NCBI GenBank assembly: GCA_964490005.1
Contig: CAZBBB010000007.1
Span: 842 to 64,841 of the forward strand
Reading direction: 5' to 3'
From: an uncultured Phycisphaerales bacterium
GTDB lineage: Bacteria; Planctomycetota; B15-G4
Length of the DNA stretch: 64,000 nt
Both the position numbers and the translations under genes were made by a program. Shown piece by piece: positions 61,162 through 64,000 of this stretch (positions are counted from its first letter, which is position 1; the number at the start of each line of letters is the position of its first letter). Below the pieces are notes generated by a model. It ran no database searches. It was not told where the DNA came from and saw only the letters and a program-made list of their open reading frames with translations.

Positions 61162-61191
61162 TTGCCCCCCCGGCGCCGCCTCGGCTATTCT
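61162..61191 (+). promoter_or_regulatory. candidate sigma-70-type promoter for the CAU tRNA
   Basis: TTGCCC, 18-nt spacer, TATTCT. The -10 ends 22 nt before the tRNA 5' end. Same TTGCC-18-TAT.CT layout as upstream of tRNA-Gly. Confidence 0.35.
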
Positions 61192-61213
61192 CCGCCCCCC
61201 GCGCGCGAGCGCT

Positions 61214-61290
61214 GGCGGAGTAGCTCAGATGGTTAGAGCAGCGGATCCATAATCCGCGTGTCGGGGGTTCGATTCCCTCCTCCGCTACCA
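61214..61290 (+). tRNA. tRNA with CAU anticodon (Met-like; Ile2/lysidine identity not excluded), CCA encoded, atypical C33 and G1-U72
   Basis: Hand-folded: acceptor GGCGGAG/CTCCGCT, D arm GCTC-AGATGGTTA-GAGC, anticodon arm GCGGA-TCCATAA-TCCGC, T arm GGGGG-TTCGATT-CCCTC, discriminator A plus CCA. Length 77 nt. Confidence 0.75.
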
Positions 61291-61354
61291 CCCCGCGCCG
61301 CCGAGCCTGCCGTTTCGACCGCTTCGCGCCCCCCGGGGGGCCGTTCGGCGGGCT

Positions 61355-62263
61355 TCAGGGGCCCCGGCGCCAGCGGCCGCACAGTCCGGCGGGCAGCAGG
61401 CGCTCGCCGCCCTGCTGCGCGATGGCCAGTTCGCCGGCCTCGATCTCCCCGGCGCCGAACTCGCCGAGCAGGTTGCGAAAGGCGAGCGGCGAGGTGCCCA
61501 CCGCGTAGCACGAGAGCACGACGAAGGCCGGCCCCGGTGCGAGCAGCCCGCGGCAGGCTTCGAGCAGCCCGGCGACGTCCTTCTCGAACTCCCACAGTTC
61601 GCCCTGCGGGCCGCGGCCGTAGGGCGGCGGGTCGAGCAGGATGCCGCGGTAGCGCCGGCCGCGTCGCGCTTCGCGCGCGACGAAGCGCGCCGCGTCGTCC
61701 TCGATCCAGCGCACGGCGTCGTCGGCCAGCGCCGAGCGCTGCGCGTTCTCGCGCGCCCAGCGCAGGGCCGGCTTGCTGGCATCGACGTGCGTCACGAACG
61801 CGCCGGCCCGGCTCGCCAGCACCGTCGCGGCGCCGGTGTAGGCGAACAGGTTGAGCAGCGCGGGGCGCGGCTCGTGCGCGCGCAGCTCTTCGACGCGCTG
61901 GCCGACCCACGACCAGTTGCCGGCCTGCTCGGGAAACAGGCCGATGTGCTTGAAGGGCGTGGGACGCAGGATGAAGCGCGCGCCGCGATGCGACAGCTCC
62001 CATGACTCGGGCACGGCGCGGCGAGTGCCGCGGCCCGGCTCCCAGCGGCCGCCGCGATCGTTCTCGCGCACGAAGACCAGTTCGGCCGAGTCCCAGTCGC
62101 TCGCGGGCAGCGTCGGCCGCCACATCGCCTGCGGGTCGGGTCGGCGCAGGCGCACGCCGCCGACCTGTTCGAGCTTCTCGCCGGCGCCGCAGTCGAGCAG
62201 CGCGTAGCCGTCGACCGGCTCGACGGGCAGCACGCCCGGAGGGAGATCGCGTTCCGCCACCAT
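61355..62263 (-). CDS. class I SAM-dependent methyltransferase (COG1092 / RlmI-RlmK-like catalytic domain)
   Basis: 302 aa from ATG 62263. LLNLFAYTGAATV (motif I), HVDASK and ILLDPPPYG (motif IV). The upstream part of the 873-aa track ORF is antisense to the next gene. Confidence 0.85.
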   Translation of the reverse strand: MVAERDLPPGVLPVEPVDGYALLDCGAGEKLEQVGGVRLRRPDPQAMWRPTLPASDWDSAELVFVRENDRGGRWEPGRGTRRAVPESWELSHRGARFILRPTPFKHIGLFPEQAGNWSWVGQRVEELRAHEPRPALLNLFAYTGAATVLASRAGAFVTHVDASKPALRWARENAQRSALADDAVRWIEDDAARFVAREARRGRRYRGILLDPPPYGRGPQGELWEFEKDVAGLLEACRGLLAPGPAFVVLSCYAVGTSPLAFRNLLGEFGAGEIEAGELAIAQQGGERLLPAGLCGRWRRGP

Positions 62264-62485
62264 GTCGCTGCGATCATGACATGCCGACGCCGCGGCTTGC
62301 GCGTTTCGCGAACGGGGCCTAGAGTCCCCCTCGTCGCGCGGTTCGGGCCGCGGCGGGCGGATTTCGGGTCGCCCCCGCGACGTACCGCGCGCGTTTGCGG
62401 ACGTCGTGCTTCGTTGGAGATCTCTCCTCTCCTCGAGACGCGTCGTCGGTGCCGTGCCGCCGGGGGGCGCGCGGCGCGGCGGCGC

Positions 62486-64000
62486 ATGCTGTGGGCGTGC
62501 ATCGTGGCCGCGTGCGGCTCGATCACGACGGCCTCGGCGTCCATCCAGGCGTTGGGCATCGACGCCGACGCCGCCGAGCGCGAGGCGGCGCCTTCGCGCG
62601 ACGAGGCGCGGAGCTTCGCCTTCCGACCCGTGCCGGCGCGCGAGAGCGGCCTGGCCTTCGTGCATCGCTCGGGTCGCGCGGGCGCCGCCAAGGGCTGGAT
62701 GCTGGAGTGCGTGGGCGCCGGCCTGGCGCTGTTCGACGCCGACGGCGACGGCGACCTCGACCTGTACTTCCCGCAGGGCGGCGGCGTCGACGAGGCCGGC
62801 GTGCCCGAAGCCGACCCGGAGGGCGACCAGCTCTACCTGAACGACGGGCGCGCGCGCTTCTCGCGCGCGACGACCGGCGAACTCGGACGCGGCTTCGCCT
62901 TCGGCGTGTGCGCGGCGGATGTCGACGCCGACGGCGACGAGGACCTGTTCGTCGCGTGCCTCGGCGCCAATCGCCTGCTGCTCAACGACGGGCACGGCCG
63001 CTTCACGCCGGCTCCCGACGCGGGCGGCCTGGCGGGAGGCGCGCGGGACTGGAGCGTCGCGGCCGCCTTCGCCGACGCCGACGGCGACGGCGACCTCGAC
63101 GCCTACGTCGTGAACTACCTCGCGCACGACCTGTCCCATCCCCAGCTCGGCGGCCCGAGCCGCTGCCGCTGGCTCGGCTGCGTCGTGCCCTGCGGGCCGC
63201 GCGGGCTCGACGCGCAGGCCGATCGCTTCTTCCTCAACGACGGCACCGGGCGCTTCACCGAGGCCGGCGACGCGTGCGGACTGGGCCAAGTCGCGCCGGC
63301 CTACGGCTTCCAGGCGTCGTGGACCGACGCCGACGGCGACGGCGATCCCGACCTGTTCGTCGCCAACGACACGCTGCCCAACTTCCTGTTCGAGAACCTC
63401 GGCCCGGCGCCGGACGGTCGCCCGCGCTTTCGCGAGGTCGCGCTGCGCGCCGGCGTGGCGCTCTCGGACGTCGGGCGCGAGCAGGCCGGCATGGGTGTCG
63501 CGGCGGGCGACGTCGACGGCGACGGCGGCATCGACCTGTTCCTCACGAACTTCAGCCAGGAGCCGAACACGCTCTACCGCAACGCGAGCACCGTCGGCAG
63601 CGGGCCGCTGTACTTCGACGAGACCGCGCGCAGCGGACTGGCCTGGCCCAGCTACTTCGACCTGGCCTGGGGCGCCAGCTTTCTCGACGCCGACCTCGAC
63701 GGCGACCTCGATCTGTACGTCGCGAACGGGCACGTCTATCCGCAGGTGGACGGCTGCGAGCTGAGCCGCATCGAGTACGCGCAGCGCGACCGGCTGTTCG
63801 AGAACGCCGGCGGCGGCGTGTTCCTCGACGCCAGCGAGCGCGCGGGCGAGGGGCTGCGTCTGCGGCTGCCGAGCCGCGGCTGCGCGGCCGGCGACCTCGA
63901 CGGCGACGGCGACCTCGACCTCGTCGTGACGACGCTCGACGGCCCGCCGGTGCTGCTGCTCAACGAGACCGAGCACGCCGGAGGCTGGCTGGCCGTCGCG
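62486..64000 (+). CDS. CRTAC1/ASPIC-UnbV-type FG-GAP/VCBS repeat protein (3' end beyond the window)
   Basis: Not in the ORF track because there is no stop in the window. Frame 2 is open to the edge. Lipoprotein-like N-terminus (MLWACIVAACGS). Repeated FDADGDGDLDLY, ADVDADGDEDLFV, ADADGDGDLDAYV, TDADGDGDPDLFVAND, GDVDGDGGIDLFLTN, DADLDGDLDLYVANG. An alternative TTG start lies at 62414. Confidence 0.85.
   Translation, partial: MLWACIVAACGSITTASASIQALGIDADAAEREAAPSRDEARSFAFRPVPARESGLAFVHRSGRAGAAKGWMLECVGAGLALFDADGDGDLDLYFPQGGGVDEAGVPEADPEGDQLYLNDGRARFSRATTGELGRGFAFGVCAADVDADGDEDLFVACLGANRLLLNDGHGRFTPAPDAGGLAGGARDWSVAAAFADADGDGDLDAYVVNYLAHDLSHPQLGGPSRCRWLGCVVPCGPRGLDAQADRFFLNDGTGRFTEAGDACGLGQVAPAYGFQASWTDADGDGDPDLFVANDTLPNFLFENLGPAPDGRPRFREVALRAGVALSDVGREQAGMGVAAGDVDGDGGIDLFLTNFSQEPNTLYRNASTVGSGPLYFDETARSGLAWPSYFDLAWGASFLDADLDGDLDLYVANGHVYPQVDGCELSRIEYAQRDRLFENAGGGVFLDASERAGEGLRLRLPSRGCAAGDLDGDGDLDLVVTTLDGPPVLLLNETEHAGGWLAVA

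Noticed and set aside
34126-61213. The idea that the glycan locus is a tRNA-bounded genomic island (tRNA-Gly at one end, CAU tRNA at the other).
   Set aside because: I found no integrase, transposase or direct repeat of a tRNA 3' end. Composition looks like the rest of the window, and core genes (ispDF, ruvC) lie inside the interval.
62264-63976. The upstream part of the 873-aa minus-strand ORF 61355-63976.
   Set aside because: It is antisense to the CRTAC1/ASPIC-like gene, whose DxDGDGDxD repeats are unmistakable in plus-strand frame 2. Only 61355-62263 carries methyltransferase motifs.
1-64000. CRISPR arrays, IS elements, prophage genes, toxin-antitoxin or known defence systems.
   Set aside because: I found no regularly spaced direct repeats and no transposase-, integrase-, nuclease- or ATPase-type defence genes. 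Every sizeable credible ORF is accounted for by metabolic, envelope or housekeeping functions.

Overview
This is a 64-kb stretch of a very GC-rich bacterial chromosome. I did not compute exact GC. Third codon positions are almost all G/C, and the six-frame track is full of long Arg/Ala/Pro-rich antisense ORFs, which I discarded. I support 50 protein-coding features (one frameshifted, two running off the window edges), 3 tRNAs (Phe-GAA, Gly-CCC and a Met-like CAU tRNA with odd features), and a few hairpins and promoter-like sites. Envelope genes (AsmA-like, SurA-like, lipoproteins) indicate a diderm. FG-GAP/ASPIC proteins, prenyltransferase-like toroid proteins and ECF sigma factors recall Planctomycetota- or Myxococcota-like genomes, but no taxon can be assigned from the sequence alone. 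Layout: (1) 0-13 kb is housekeeping: tRNA-Phe, def-ribF, a TPR protein and rpsT, then a long minus-strand run of a dGTPase-like::RNase III fusion ORF, mfd, a SurA-like chaperone and two paralogous membrane-anchored prenyltransferase-like proteins. (2) 13.2-15.8 kb is a lower-GC islet with two lipoproteins. (3) 15.8-22.7 kb holds a phosphodiesterase, a frameshifted PIG-V-type glycosyltransferase, a histidine phosphatase, a peroxiredoxin, bacterioferritin, a tiny Cys-rich lipoprotein and a class V aminotransferase. (4) 22.7-29.7 kb is an ECF sigma operon ending in a 1549-aa AsmA-like protein. (5) 29.7-33.1 kb holds an aminotransferase and a six-repeat FG-GAP protein. (6) 33.1-59.1 kb is a large ABC-transporter-dependent glycan locus. 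It contains two sulfotransferases, a carbamoyltransferase, three methyltransferases, glycosyltransferases, two KpsC/KpsS-like paralogues, Wzm/Wzt and a NeuB-like/cytidylyltransferase/KdsC-like ulosonic-acid module with transketolase, ALDH and SDR. (7) 59.1-64 kb holds ispDF, ruvC, a tRNA, a methyltransferase and a CRTAC1/ASPIC-like protein. I saw no CRISPR array, transposase, integrase, phage genes or recognisable defence genes. The best candidate for something undescribed is the glycan locus. It combines a membrane-anchored, roughly 430-residue coiled coil fused to a methyltransferase (a possible new molecular-ruler chain terminator) with a Wzt ATPase that carries a cap-binding-type C-terminal domain but a Glu in place of the Walker A lysine, plus an unusual ulosonic-acid sub-operon. 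Other notable items are the dGTPase::RNase III fusion with a long two-tier hairpin upstream, and a CAU tRNA with C33.
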